A DNA stretch of 32,000 nucleotides from Bacillota bacterium (lineage in GTDB: Bacteria > Bacillota > UBA4882 > UBA8346), in the NCBI GenBank assembly GCA_023417475.1, contig JAEZFP010000026.1:30682-62681 (forward strand). Reading direction: 5' to 3'. The notes under the pieces were generated by a model. That model saw only the letters and a list, made by a program, of their open reading frames with translations. It did not search any database and was not told where the DNA came from. Both the position numbers and the translations under genes were made by a program. Below are positions 1-7,152 of this stretch, piece by piece; the first letter of the stretch is position 1; the number at the start of each line of letters is the position of its first letter.

Positions 1-1
1 G

Positions 2-265
2 TTAAACGGCAAAGCCTATCCCACGTTGGCTGAGGCCAAAAAAGCCGGGATTGCCACCTTGAATTACGGGAACTTCATCACCGGCGTGGTCGATTTTCTC
101 TTGGTGGCCTGGGCGATCTTTATTGTGTTGCGGTTGGTTAACCGGTTCCGGCAGCAACCGGTGACGGTGGCGGCGCCAACAACCAAACAATGCCCGTATT
201 GCATTACGGCGATTCCGCTTCAAGCGGTGCGTTGCCCACATTGCACCTCGGAGTTGGGGCAATAA
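2..265 (+). CDS. mscL: Large-conductance mechanosensitive channel MscL, C-terminal part (5' end lies left of the window)
   Basis: The frame is open from nt 2. '...LAEAKKAGIATLNYGNFITGVVDFLLVAWAIFIVLRLVNRF' matches the conserved loop/TM2 region of MscL. The tail carries CPYC-x11-CPHC. Stop TAA at 263-265. Confidence 0.8.
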   Translation, partial: LNGKAYPTLAEAKKAGIATLNYGNFITGVVDFLLVAWAIFIVLRLVNRFRQQPVTVAAPTTKQCPYCITAIPLQAVRCPHCTSELGQ

Positions 266-407
266 TCACCGGCAACCGCACGCGTCCGAGAGCGTTTTTG
301 AGGAATTTCAATCTGCGGGTCCGGCGAAGGCAAAAGTACGGCAAAATTGTATGAAACAACCGATTTTGCTGATTCCCGACCGGGTGCCGGAGATTGTCTA
401 AAAACGC

Positions 408-436
408 TTGACAAACCGTAACGCGAAAACTAGTAT
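408..436 (+). promoter_or_regulatory. Candidate sigma70-type promoter for uxaC
   Basis: TTGACA (408-413), 17-nt spacer, TAGTAT (431-436), about 75 nt upstream of the uxaC ATG. Confidence 0.4.
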
Positions 437-512
437 TAAATTTATGATTGCCGATTTGCGCTTGAGTTCGGTCAATAATCGGTTTGTTGTTGAAATAAAA
501 GGAGGTCAACTG

Positions 513-1916
513 ATGAAGCCTTTTCTGAATGAAAATTTTCTGCTTACCAATCCCACGGCAGTAACCCTGTATAATGATTATGCGAAGGACATGCCGATCT
601 ACGATTACCACTGCCATCTCAGTCCCAAGGAGATCGCCGAGAACAAACGGTATCGCAATATTACCGAAGTTTGGCTGGGCGGCGACCACTATAAGTGGCG
701 CGCCATGCGGGCGATGGGCGTGGATGAAAAGTACATTACCGGGGATGCGCCCGATAAAGAAAAGTTTCTGAAATGGGCCGAGACCATGCCCTACTGTCTC
801 GGCAACCCGTTATATCACTGGACCCATCTCGAACTGCAACGCTTCTTCGGAATCGATACGTTATTGTCGCCGGAGACCGCCGAAGCGATCTGGAACCGCT
901 GTAATGAACTGCTCCAGAAGGAGGAGTTTTCAGCGCGTGGTCTGATCAAGGGCTCTAACGTCAAAGCGCTTTGCACCACCGATGATCCGGTTGACAGTCT
1001 CGAATACCATATCGCGCTGGCGCAAGACGCCTCCTTTGCGGTGAAAGTCTACCCGGCCTGGCGTCCCGATAAGGCGTTTAATCTCGAACGTCCCGGCTTT
1101 GCCGAATATATCGCCAAACTTGGGCAGGTTTCCGGGGTTGCCATTAAGACCTTTGACGATCTGACCAAAGCGTTGCGGTTGCGTTTGGAATTTTTCCACG
1201 GGGTTGGTTGCCGTCTTTCCGACCATGCGACCGATCCGGTGCCTTTTGAGGTCAGTACTCCCGAGGAAGCGACGGCGATTCTCCAAAAAGGTTTGGCCGG
1301 CGCGTCCCTCTCCGAAACGGAAGTTCGGAAATTCAAAACCCAAGCGTTGTTGTTCTTGGGTCGCGAATATGCCCGTCTCGGTTGGGTAATGCAACTCCAT
1401 ATCGGAACCATTCGCAACAACAGCCAACGGATGATGCGGTTGATCGGACCGGATACCGGGTATGACGCGGCCGCTGACTATACCTACGGCGTGGCGCTTT
1501 CGCGATTCCTCGACACCTTGGATAATACCGACGAACTGCCGAAGACCATCCTGTACTGTCTCAACCCGCGCGATAACGAGATGCTCGCGACCTTGGCCGG
1601 TTGTTTCCAGGGCGGCGGAATCCCCGGCAAGATCCAATTTGGTTCCGGTTGGTGGTTTAACGATCAAAAAGACGGGATGATCCGGCAAATGGTCGCTCTT
1701 TCCAATTTAGGCTTGCTGGCTCCGTTTGTCGGCATGCTCACCGACTCTCGAAGTTTCCTCTCCTATACCCGGCACGAGTATTTCCGGAGAATTCTCTGCA
1801 ATCTGATCGGCGAATGGGTTGAGTCCGGCGAAACCCCGAACGACATCAAGTTACTCGGCAGTATTGTTCGGAATATCTGCTACAACAACGCCGAAAGCTA
1901 CTTTGGAATCCGGTAA
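513..1916 (+). CDS. uxaC: Glucuronate isomerase (uronate isomerase)
   Basis: 467 aa, collinear with E. coli UxaC over its full length ([11 protein letters not shown]..., [66 protein letters not shown]). RBS AAAGGAGG lies 7 nt upstream of ATG 513; the TTG at 408 in the ORF track is the promoter -35, not a start. Confidence 0.94.
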   Translation: MKPFLNENFLLTNPTAVTLYNDYAKDMPIYDYHCHLSPKEIAENKRYRNITEVWLGGDHYKWRAMRAMGVDEKYITGDAPDKEKFLKWAETMPYCLGNPLYHWTHLELQRFFGIDTLLSPETAEAIWNRCNELLQKEEFSARGLIKGSNVKALCTTDDPVDSLEYHIALAQDASFAVKVYPAWRPDKAFNLERPGFAEYIAKLGQVSGVAIKTFDDLTKALRLRLEFFHGVGCRLSDHATDPVPFEVSTPEEATAILQKGLAGASLSETEVRKFKTQALLFLGREYARLGWVMQLHIGTIRNNSQRMMRLIGPDTGYDAAADYTYGVALSRFLDTLDNTDELPKTILYCLNPRDNEMLATLAGCFQGGGIPGKIQFGSGWWFNDQKDGMIRQMVALSNLGLLAPFVGMLTDSRSFLSYTRHEYFRRILCNLIGEWVESGETPNDIKLLGSIVRNICYNNAESYFGIR

Positions 1917-1936
1917 CCAAAATATTGAATGAAAGT

Positions 1937-1987
1937 AAAGGCTGTTGCCGACGAACGTCAAGTTCATCAGGCAACAGCCTTTTTTAT
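1937..1987 (+). terminator. Rho-independent terminator of uxaC
   Basis: Stem AAAGGCTGTTGCC / GGCAACAGCCTTT followed by TTTTTATT. Confidence 0.8.
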
Positions 1988-2065
1988 TCCCTCAAAATAG
2001 CGGATTTTGAAGGGCCAAACGTCACATTGGGACTGAGACGGCTTGCCCAAAACCTCGGCCAGCCC

Positions 2066-2291
2066 GATTTGTGGATAAGTAAGCTTGCCGAGTCGCTCCG
2101 CAAGCTGGATTTGTGGATAAGTAAGCTTGCCGAGTCGTTCCGCAAGCTGGATTTGTGGATAAGTAAGCTTGCTGAGTCGTTCCGCAAACTGGATTTGTGG
2201 ATAAGTAAGCTTGCCGAGTCGTTCCGCAAGCTGGATTTGTGGATAAGTAAGCTTGCTGAGTCGCTCCGCAAGCTGGATTTGTGGATAAGTC
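2066..2291. repeat. Tandem direct repeat, 42-bp unit x 5.4 copies
   Basis: The unit GATTTGTGGATAAGTAAGCTTGCCGAGTCG(C/T)TCCGCAAGCTG starts at 2066, 2108, 2150, 2192 and 2234, with a partial copy at 2276-2291. Only 3 positions vary. A degenerate copy lies upstream (about 2038-2065). Each junction can form a 7-bp stem GCAAGCT/AGCTTGC with a 17-nt loop. Confidence 0.95.
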
Positions 2292-2327
2292 ATCCAAACG
2301 GGTTAGGACAGACGAAAAGGTTGTAAT

Positions 2328-2489
2328 ATGTCTAACCATGACCCTCGAACCTTAAAGGGGAACCTCCAAAGCTTTGCAGTCTATCCCGACACTTATGGGC
2401 GACGAAGCATGGTGGTTATCCTTTTAAAGGACAAAAGGATCGCAGTTGGGCTTCGAAGCGATTTTCTAATAGTCAAAACGTTTAAATGA
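2328..2489 (+). CDS. Hypothetical small protein (53 aa), not in the ORF track (<60 aa)
   Basis: ATG 2328 to TGA 2487-2489: MSNHDPRTLKGNLQSFAVYPDTYGRRSMVVILLKDKRIAVGLRSDFLIVKTFK. A weak AAAGG lies 7 nt upstream. The stop is followed immediately by a strong hairpin at 2490-2535. No family recognised. Confidence 0.3.
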   Translation: MSNHDPRTLKGNLQSFAVYPDTYGRRSMVVILLKDKRIAVGLRSDFLIVKTFK

Positions 2490-2535
2490 AAACGCTGCTG
2501 TAAAAGGCCGACCAGCTCCTTTTGCGGCAGCGTTT
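2490..2535. terminator. Long hairpin, probable bidirectional terminator between two convergent micro-ORFs
   Basis: About 18 consecutive pairs (AAACGCTGCTGTAAAAGG / CCTTTTGCGGCAGCGTTT, including 2 G-U pairs) with a 10-nt loop. A-run on the left; T-containing tract on the right. Confidence 0.65.
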
Positions 2536-2546
2536 CGTTGTTTCAG

Positions 2547-2636
2547 CTACAGATGCCAATTCCGACTGATCCAGCCGGCGCCTAGCAGCATGACAAGAAT
2601 TAAGGCCGTGGCCGAGTTGGACTTCGGTCGCTTCAT
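2547..2636 (-). CDS. Hypothetical small membrane peptide (29 aa)
   Basis: On the minus strand, CAGGAGGGGAGCGC-ATG gives a strong RBS. Product is MKRPKSNSATALILVMLLGAGWISRNWHL: a basic N-terminus plus one hydrophobic helix. It has its own -35/-10 upstream and a hairpin 11 nt downstream. Confidence 0.35.
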   Translation of the reverse strand: MKRPKSNSATALILVMLLGAGWISRNWHL

Positions 2637-2700
2637 GCGCTCCCCTCCTGTTCAATGGTGCGATATTTAAATTGCGGCAGGGGTTGCTTTTGTTGGTTTG

Positions 2701-2729
2701 ATTATAGCGCAATTGGAAGAGATTCGGAA
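2701..2729 (-). promoter_or_regulatory. Candidate promoter for the 29-aa ORF
   Basis: Minus strand: TTCCGA (2729-2724), 17 nt, TATAAT (2706-2701). Confidence 0.4.
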
Positions 2730-2763
2730 GGGGAGAATTGATGGGCGGAGTTGACGCAAACAA

Positions 2764-2798
2764 ATAGCAAAAACCCGGTACGCCAGCGTACCGGGTTT
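2764..2798 (-). terminator. Rho-independent terminator of the amt-glnK operon
   Basis: Minus strand: AAACCCGGTACG-CTGG-CGTACCGGGTTT followed by TTGCTATTTG. 12-bp perfect stem, 8 nt after the glnK stop. Confidence 0.88.
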
Positions 2799-2805
2799 GT
2801 TGAAC

Positions 2806-3144
2806 TTATAATGCCGTCTCGCCCGATTCTTTGGTGCGGACCCGAACGACCTCATCCACAGTGGAGATGAAGATTTTTCCGTCTCCGGCGTTGCCGGAAG
2901 AACTGATTTCGCAGATGATGTCGACGATTTTTTGACAGACCTCGTCTTTGACAACCATCATGATTAACTTTTTCGGCAGGAAATCAACATGGTATTCGCC
3001 GACCCGCCATTGTAAGGCGATGCCGCGTTGGCCGCCCCGGCCTTTCACATCGAATACGGTCATGCCGAATATATTTATCTTCTCTAAAGCCACTTTGACT
3101 TCATTCAGTTTTTCTTCGCGGATAATCGCTTCAATTTTTTTCAT
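2806..3144 (-). CDS. glnK: Nitrogen regulatory protein P-II (GlnK/NrgB type, downstream of amt)
   Basis: 112 aa: MKKIEAIIREEKLNEVKVALEKINIFGMTVFDVKGRGGQRG...EYHVDFLPK...GDGKIFI. Collinear with GlnB/GlnK, and the T-loop Tyr51 is retained. RBS AAGGTGGTG. The true start is Met21 of the track ORF. Confidence 0.94.
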   Translation of the reverse strand: MKKIEAIIREEKLNEVKVALEKINIFGMTVFDVKGRGGQRGIALQWRVGEYHVDFLPKKLIMMVVKDEVCQKIVDIICEISSSGNAGDGKIFISTVDEVVRVRTKESGETAL

Positions 3145-3160
3145 CACTTTCACCACCTTA

Positions 3161-4375
3161 TTAATAGTAAGCTTCTTCACCGTGTTGGGAGATGTCCAAA
3201 CCAACTTGTTCCTCGGATTCGGTGACGCTCAGACCCATGCAGCGATCGATCACTTTCGCCAGCGCATAAGTAACCGCAAAGGAGAAGACAATCACCACGG
3301 CGGCGGCTAACACTTGCGTGCCAAGAAGGTTCCAGTTGCCGTAAAGCAACCCGTTCGCTCCGGCCGGATTAATCGCTTTGCTGGCGAAGATACCGGTGGC
3401 GATGGCGCCCCAGGTTCCGCCGATACCATGGCAAGCCCAGACGTCAAGCGATTCGTCGACTTTCCACTGATTCCGCAACACGATGCAGAAGTAAGAGATG
3501 GCTGCGCCGACCGCGCCGATGATAATGGCGGAGCTGGGGGAGACGAAACCGGCTGCGGGGGTGATGGCCACCAAGCCGACAACCGCCCCGGTCGCCATGC
3601 CGATAGCGCTCGGGCGCTTGAAGATCCAGTTAATCGCCATCCAGGTCAAACCGGCCGCGGCCGCGGCAATGTTGGTGGTGACAAAAGCATTGGCGGCCAG
3701 GCCGTTGCTGCCCAACGCACTACCGCCGTTGAAGCCGAACCAGCCGAACCAGAGTAACGCGGCGCCGATCACCGTAAAAGGAATGTTGTTGGGTTCCATG
3801 GTAACCACATTGAACCCTTTGCGTTTCTTGATCACCATTGCAAATGCGAGCGCCGAGTAACCGGCGGTGATATGAACGACGGTTCCACCCGCGAAGTCCA
3901 GGGCGCCCAGATTGCGGATCCACCCGCCAACCGCCCAGACCCAGTGACAAACCGGGTTGTAAACCAAAGTGGCCCATAATAATGAAAATACGACAAAGCT
4001 GCTGAATTTGATTCGTTCGACAAACGCTCCCGAGATCAAAGCCGGGGTAATGATGGCAAACATCATTTGAAACGCCATAAACAATATGTGCGGAATCGTA
4101 GCGGCGTAATCGGGGTTGGGTTCAAAACCGACGCCGTTTAAACCGATCCATTTCAAGCCGCCGATCAGACCGTTGATATCGGGGCCGAATGAAATACTGT
4201 ATCCGAACAAAACCCATTGGATACTGATCAGTCCAAGCATTGCAAAACTGAACATGATTGTGGAAAGCAGATTTTTCTTGCGGACCATTCCGCCGTAGAA
4301 TAGACCGAGGGCCGGGGTCATTAAGAAGACCAGCGCGGTAGAGACTAAAACCCATGCGGTATCTCCAGCATTCAT
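3161..4375 (-). CDS. amt: Ammonium transporter (Amt family)
   Basis: 404 aa, polytopic: MNAGDTAWVLVSTALVFLMTPALGLFYGGMVRKKN..., DFAGGTVVHITAG, WFGWFGFNGGS, VWACHGIGGTWG. GGAGG lies 7 nt upstream of ATG 4375; the TTG at 4390 sits inside the RBS. Confidence 0.94.
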   Translation of the reverse strand: MNAGDTAWVLVSTALVFLMTPALGLFYGGMVRKKNLLSTIMFSFAMLGLISIQWVLFGYSISFGPDINGLIGGLKWIGLNGVGFEPNPDYAATIPHILFMAFQMMFAIITPALISGAFVERIKFSSFVVFSLLWATLVYNPVCHWVWAVGGWIRNLGALDFAGGTVVHITAGYSALAFAMVIKKRKGFNVVTMEPNNIPFTVIGAALLWFGWFGFNGGSALGSNGLAANAFVTTNIAAAAAGLTWMAINWIFKRPSAIGMATGAVVGLVAITPAAGFVSPSSAIIIGAVGAAISYFCIVLRNQWKVDESLDVWACHGIGGTWGAIATGIFASKAINPAGANGLLYGNWNLLGTQVLAAAVVIVFSFAVTYALAKVIDRCMGLSVTESEEQVGLDISQHGEEAYY

Positions 4376-4399
4376 TTGATTAACCTCCAAGTTAATTGA

Positions 4400-4446
4400 G
4401 TGTGATATAATACTGGAATGATATCACACAACTAACATCAGGTCAA
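4400..4446 (-). promoter_or_regulatory. Candidate amt promoter with an overlapping inverted-repeat operator
   Basis: Minus strand: TTGACC (4446-4441), 17 nt, TATCAT (4423-4418). A 9-bp perfect inverted repeat GTGTGATAT (4400-4408) / ATATCACAC (4421-4429) spans the -10 and the predicted transcription start. Confidence 0.45.
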
Positions 4447-4597
4447 CAATGGAACAAAAAATTATATTGTTAATAATATATAAATCACAATTACTAACAT
4501 AGACATTACACAAATTCATGTTTTTGGGGATGATATTGTTCGAGGGGATTTGGCGCCTGATTTTACAATCCAATGACGAGCTTGGTTGATTGGAAAT

Positions 4598-4618
4598 AAA
4601 AAAACCTGCATATGCAGG
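4598..4618 (-). terminator. Terminator directly after the transposase-like gene
   Basis: Minus strand: CCTGCATATGCAGG hairpin followed by TTTTTTT, abutting the stop codon. Confidence 0.7.
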
Positions 4619-5626
4619 TTAATTGATTGGGGATTCGATGTAGGCTTTGATGAGCTGAATGGGGACCTTCCCCATGTTGCGGTAGCGGTGGTGCGGGCGT
4701 TCGTTGTTGTAATAGCTTAGCCATGAGTCGAATTCGGCTTGTAAGGTTTCCACGGAATTGATTTGGTCATTGGTCGCTGCCGGTATCAGAAATTCGTTGG
4801 TGACGATCGATTGGAACCGTTCGACGAAACCGTTGGGGCGTTGCTGATTGTCGAGCTTTTGATGTTCGATGTCGTTCAACAATAGGTATAATTCGTAATG
4901 ATGTTTCGCGCCGCCATGATATTCGCGGTTGCGATTGGTGATGATCGCGTCGATTGTCAACTGCCGTTCCTGAAAGAAGGGGAGCGCGTCGTTGTGCAAA
5001 ACGGCCACGGCGTATCCGGGAATTTTAGCCGGGTGGATCAGACCGAAAACGTAATTGCTATAATTATCGATAACGATTTGCAGATAGAGTTTTCCTAAAT
5101 GCTTAAACGTCTTGAGAAACAAGGTGTCTTGGGCGAGTACCTGACCGGGGCGGCGGGTTTCGTGATGACGTTCGCGGATGCAAGGATTGGCTGCTTCCAA
5201 CAAGGTAACCTGTTCGTTGGACAGTTGTTCGAGACTGGCGGCGTATTTTGCTTCCAGCGATTCCAAACGTTCATTTTTGGTACCCAAACCGTGCTTGATC
5301 AGGATATTTTGGACTGTTGGCGAGCTGACCCGGATTCCAAACCGTTTTAAATGCTCGCTGAGACGAATACAGCCCCAACCGGGATGCTCCAGACTGAGGG
5401 CGAGGATTTGCTCCACGACCTCCGGCGCGGTGGCGCGGGGATTGGTTTTGACCGCGGCGGGGACGGTTTGAATCCCCTCGAAGCCTTGCTGCTGGTAACG
5501 TTCTTTGTATTCGGAAAATGCGGTGCGGGGGGCGTTGCCGCGACATGCGTTGCCGATTTGGCTTAAAGCCTGCGACAACTCGATGACGCTCAATCGATTT
5601 TGACCTAATTTTCCGGTTGAATTCAT
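4619..5626 (-). CDS. IS481-family (rve/integrase-core) transposase-like protein; element ends not identifiable
   Basis: 335 aa. N-terminal HTH region, then rve motifs: AQDTLFL / VIDNYSNYVFG (first Asp), IITNRNREYHG (aligns to TDRGTEYCG), HHYELYLLLNDIEHQK, RPNGFVERFQ (Glu), YYNNERPHH. GAGGGG RBS before ATG 5626. Confidence 0.8.
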   Translation of the reverse strand: MNSTGKLGQNRLSVIELSQALSQIGNACRGNAPRTAFSEYKERYQQQGFEGIQTVPAAVKTNPRATAPEVVEQILALSLEHPGWGCIRLSEHLKRFGIRVSSPTVQNILIKHGLGTKNERLESLEAKYAASLEQLSNEQVTLLEAANPCIRERHHETRRPGQVLAQDTLFLKTFKHLGKLYLQIVIDNYSNYVFGLIHPAKIPGYAVAVLHNDALPFFQERQLTIDAIITNRNREYHGGAKHHYELYLLLNDIEHQKLDNQQRPNGFVERFQSIVTNEFLIPAATNDQINSVETLQAEFDSWLSYYNNERPHHRYRNMGKVPIQLIKAYIESPIN

Positions 5627-5855
5627 CGGTATCACCCCTCGTTTGCTTCAGAATAAACCGCACGACCGGTTGCGGGTTTGGTGGTAAAGTCGGGCGATTA
5701 TATTAGCATAATATTAACACATACATGACATTAAATCAATTGCTTCATTACGGTGAAGCGAAAAATTAACAAAGCAAACGAATTTTAAAATGAATACATG
5801 ACACATATTTGACAGTAATTTTAAAAAAGAGCCAATTGACTGTAGGTGTTTTCAA

Positions 5856-5919
5856 AAGATTGCCCCACAATATAAGTGATAGCTTTTTTAGCCTATCAAA
5901 TAGATTGTGGGGCAATCTT
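5856..5919 (-). terminator. 16-bp perfect inverted repeat; probable terminator of the IclR gene
   Basis: AAGATTGCCCCACAAT (5856-5871) / ATTGTGGGGCAATCTT (5904-5919), 32-nt loop with a nested TGATAG/CTATCA stem. On the minus strand it is followed by TTTTG. It lies 59 nt after the IclR stop. Confidence 0.5.
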
Positions 5920-5977
5920 AATTACGATAGTTTTTCAGTCTGACTGCCGTCTTTTGGAAGGCTGCGTAAGTTCGGAA

Positions 5978-6766
5978 CTAAATTGCGGAAGAATAGCCCA
6001 TGGCCCGGGAGATTTCGACGGCGGTGGCGTGCAACCTGACCAACAACTGCTGTTCGTCTTGGTTGAGCGTCTCGCCGAACACCGGTCGAAAGACGCTTAA
6101 GGCGCCGACGCAGGTTTTGAGATAGTTGAAAATCGGCACGCTGATCTCGCGGACGGTTCGGCTGAAATTACTGACTTCGGCGGCATAGCCTTGATTGCGG
6201 ATTTGCGTCAATTCCAGCTCGAATTGGTTTGCGTTGTCGATTAGCTGACTGTTGCGGTACACCTCATGCCATTTTTGCCGTTCGGCGCTTTGCAGAAAGG
6301 ACAATAAAACCTTCCCGGAACTGGTCTGACAGGCGGGGACGGGAATACCGGTCTGGATCCCGATCTGGATCGGACCCGCGGTTTTGACGCAATCGGAATA
6401 GATGATGTTGTGGGTGGAAAGGACCGATAAATAAATGGATTCGCTGACCGTATCGGCCAGTTGCGTCAGGTACGGCAAGGCGGTGGGGCGCAGTTCAACC
6501 GATTGCAGCGCGGCGTTGCCGATTAAAAAGGCTTTCAGTCCTAATTTATAATGACCGGTCAACTTGTCACGTTCGACAAAACCGCTGCGACAAAGGGTGT
6601 TTAACAAACGGTAGGTCGTACTGATACTGAGCTTCGAAAGCTGACTCAGTTTGGTCAAACTCAAGAGACTGTTGTTTTCGGCCAAAATCTCAAGCAACAT
6701 CAAAGTTCGTTCGACTGTCTTTACTTTAACTTCGCGTAGTTCGGCGGTGTTTTTCAACTTTTTCAC
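5978..6766 (-). CDS. IclR-family transcriptional regulator
   Basis: N-terminal wHTH (VERTLMLLEILAENNSLLSLTKLSQLSKLSISTTYRLLNTL) plus a C-terminal IclR effector domain (YLSVL..., GKVLLSFL, GYA). The start is either GTG 6766 or TTG 6757 (GAGGTG RBS). Confidence 0.9.
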   Translation of the reverse strand: MKKLKNTAELREVKVKTVERTLMLLEILAENNSLLSLTKLSQLSKLSISTTYRLLNTLCRSGFVERDKLTGHYKLGLKAFLIGNAALQSVELRPTALPYLTQLADTVSESIYLSVLSTHNIIYSDCVKTAGPIQIGIQTGIPVPACQTSSGKVLLSFLQSAERQKWHEVYRNSQLIDNANQFELELTQIRNQGYAAEVSNFSRTVREISVPIFNYLKTCVGALSVFRPVFGETLNQDEQQLLVRLHATAVEISRAMGYSSAI

Positions 6767-7152
6767 CTCAAGATCTTTAAAAATCGGACCGACGTTAACG
6801 ATGTGTCATATCAACGGTACTGATGGTGATATTTTATGTCCGGCCAAGCGGAACATTTACTTTCCATCCGTTAAAAATTATTTCCGATTGTAATGATTGT
6901 AAGATATTTGATAGATTGATGTCAATATGCGGGAGCCACATTTAACCTAATCTTACATCAGTTTAATGTATACACACTAAGTTTGAATATTCCGCGGGGT
7001 TGAAAAAGGGGAATCCCGACGCCAGTCGAATAAATATTGTCAATAGATCAGGCGCAACCAATCAATGATGAATGATTATCAAGGAATTTAGGAATCTTAC
7101 GGTATTGTTTTTAATGGACGATGTTGTTGCTTAAGGCCGAAAGGAGCATACG

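Noticed and set aside
2066..2291. A CRISPR array was considered for the regular repeats.
   Set aside because: The 42-bp units are directly contiguous with no unique spacers, and no cas genes are nearby. This is a tandem repeat, not a CRISPR array.
1925..2326. Track ORF (133 aa, 14-aa repeats), plus three antisense ORFs over the same repeats, considered as protein-coding genes.
   Set aside because: All frames are open simply because the unit lacks stop codons. The + ORF begins inside the uxaC terminator and has no ATG or credible RBS. It is kept only as a low-probability alternative in the repeat finding.
2292..2480. tRNA or other known structured RNA, suggested by GGTTCGAGGG on the minus strand.
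   Set aside because: No cloverleaf can be drawn; the T-arm pairing and acceptor stem are absent. The region is better explained by the 53-aa micro-ORF.
2806..3144. PII protein apparently lacking the T-loop uridylylation/adenylylation Tyr.
   Set aside because: My first alignment was out of register. On recounting, Tyr51 (GEY51HVDFLPK) is conserved and only Tyr46 is Trp. Nothing unusual.
4400..4446. TnrA/GlnR or NtcA box at the amt promoter.
   Set aside because: No 17-bp TGTNA-N7-TNACA or GTA-N8-TAC can be fitted on either strand. It is reported only as an unassigned palindrome.
4391..5860. Terminal inverted repeats or target duplications defining a complete IS element around the transposase-like gene.
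   Set aside because: The only shared words are short chance-level matches: an inverted CGAGGGG (one copy is the gene's own RBS) and a direct ACAT(A)GACATTA. The boundaries cannot be supported, so no mobile_element feature is given.
6940..7090. ARG box or PyrR binding site upstream of the carB-like gene (TTTGAATATTCC; TGAATGATTATCAA).
   Set aside because: The first is only an 8-bp GAATATTC palindrome without the TGAAT-N4-ATTCA spacing. The second matches the right half poorly. No PyrR loop motif is present.
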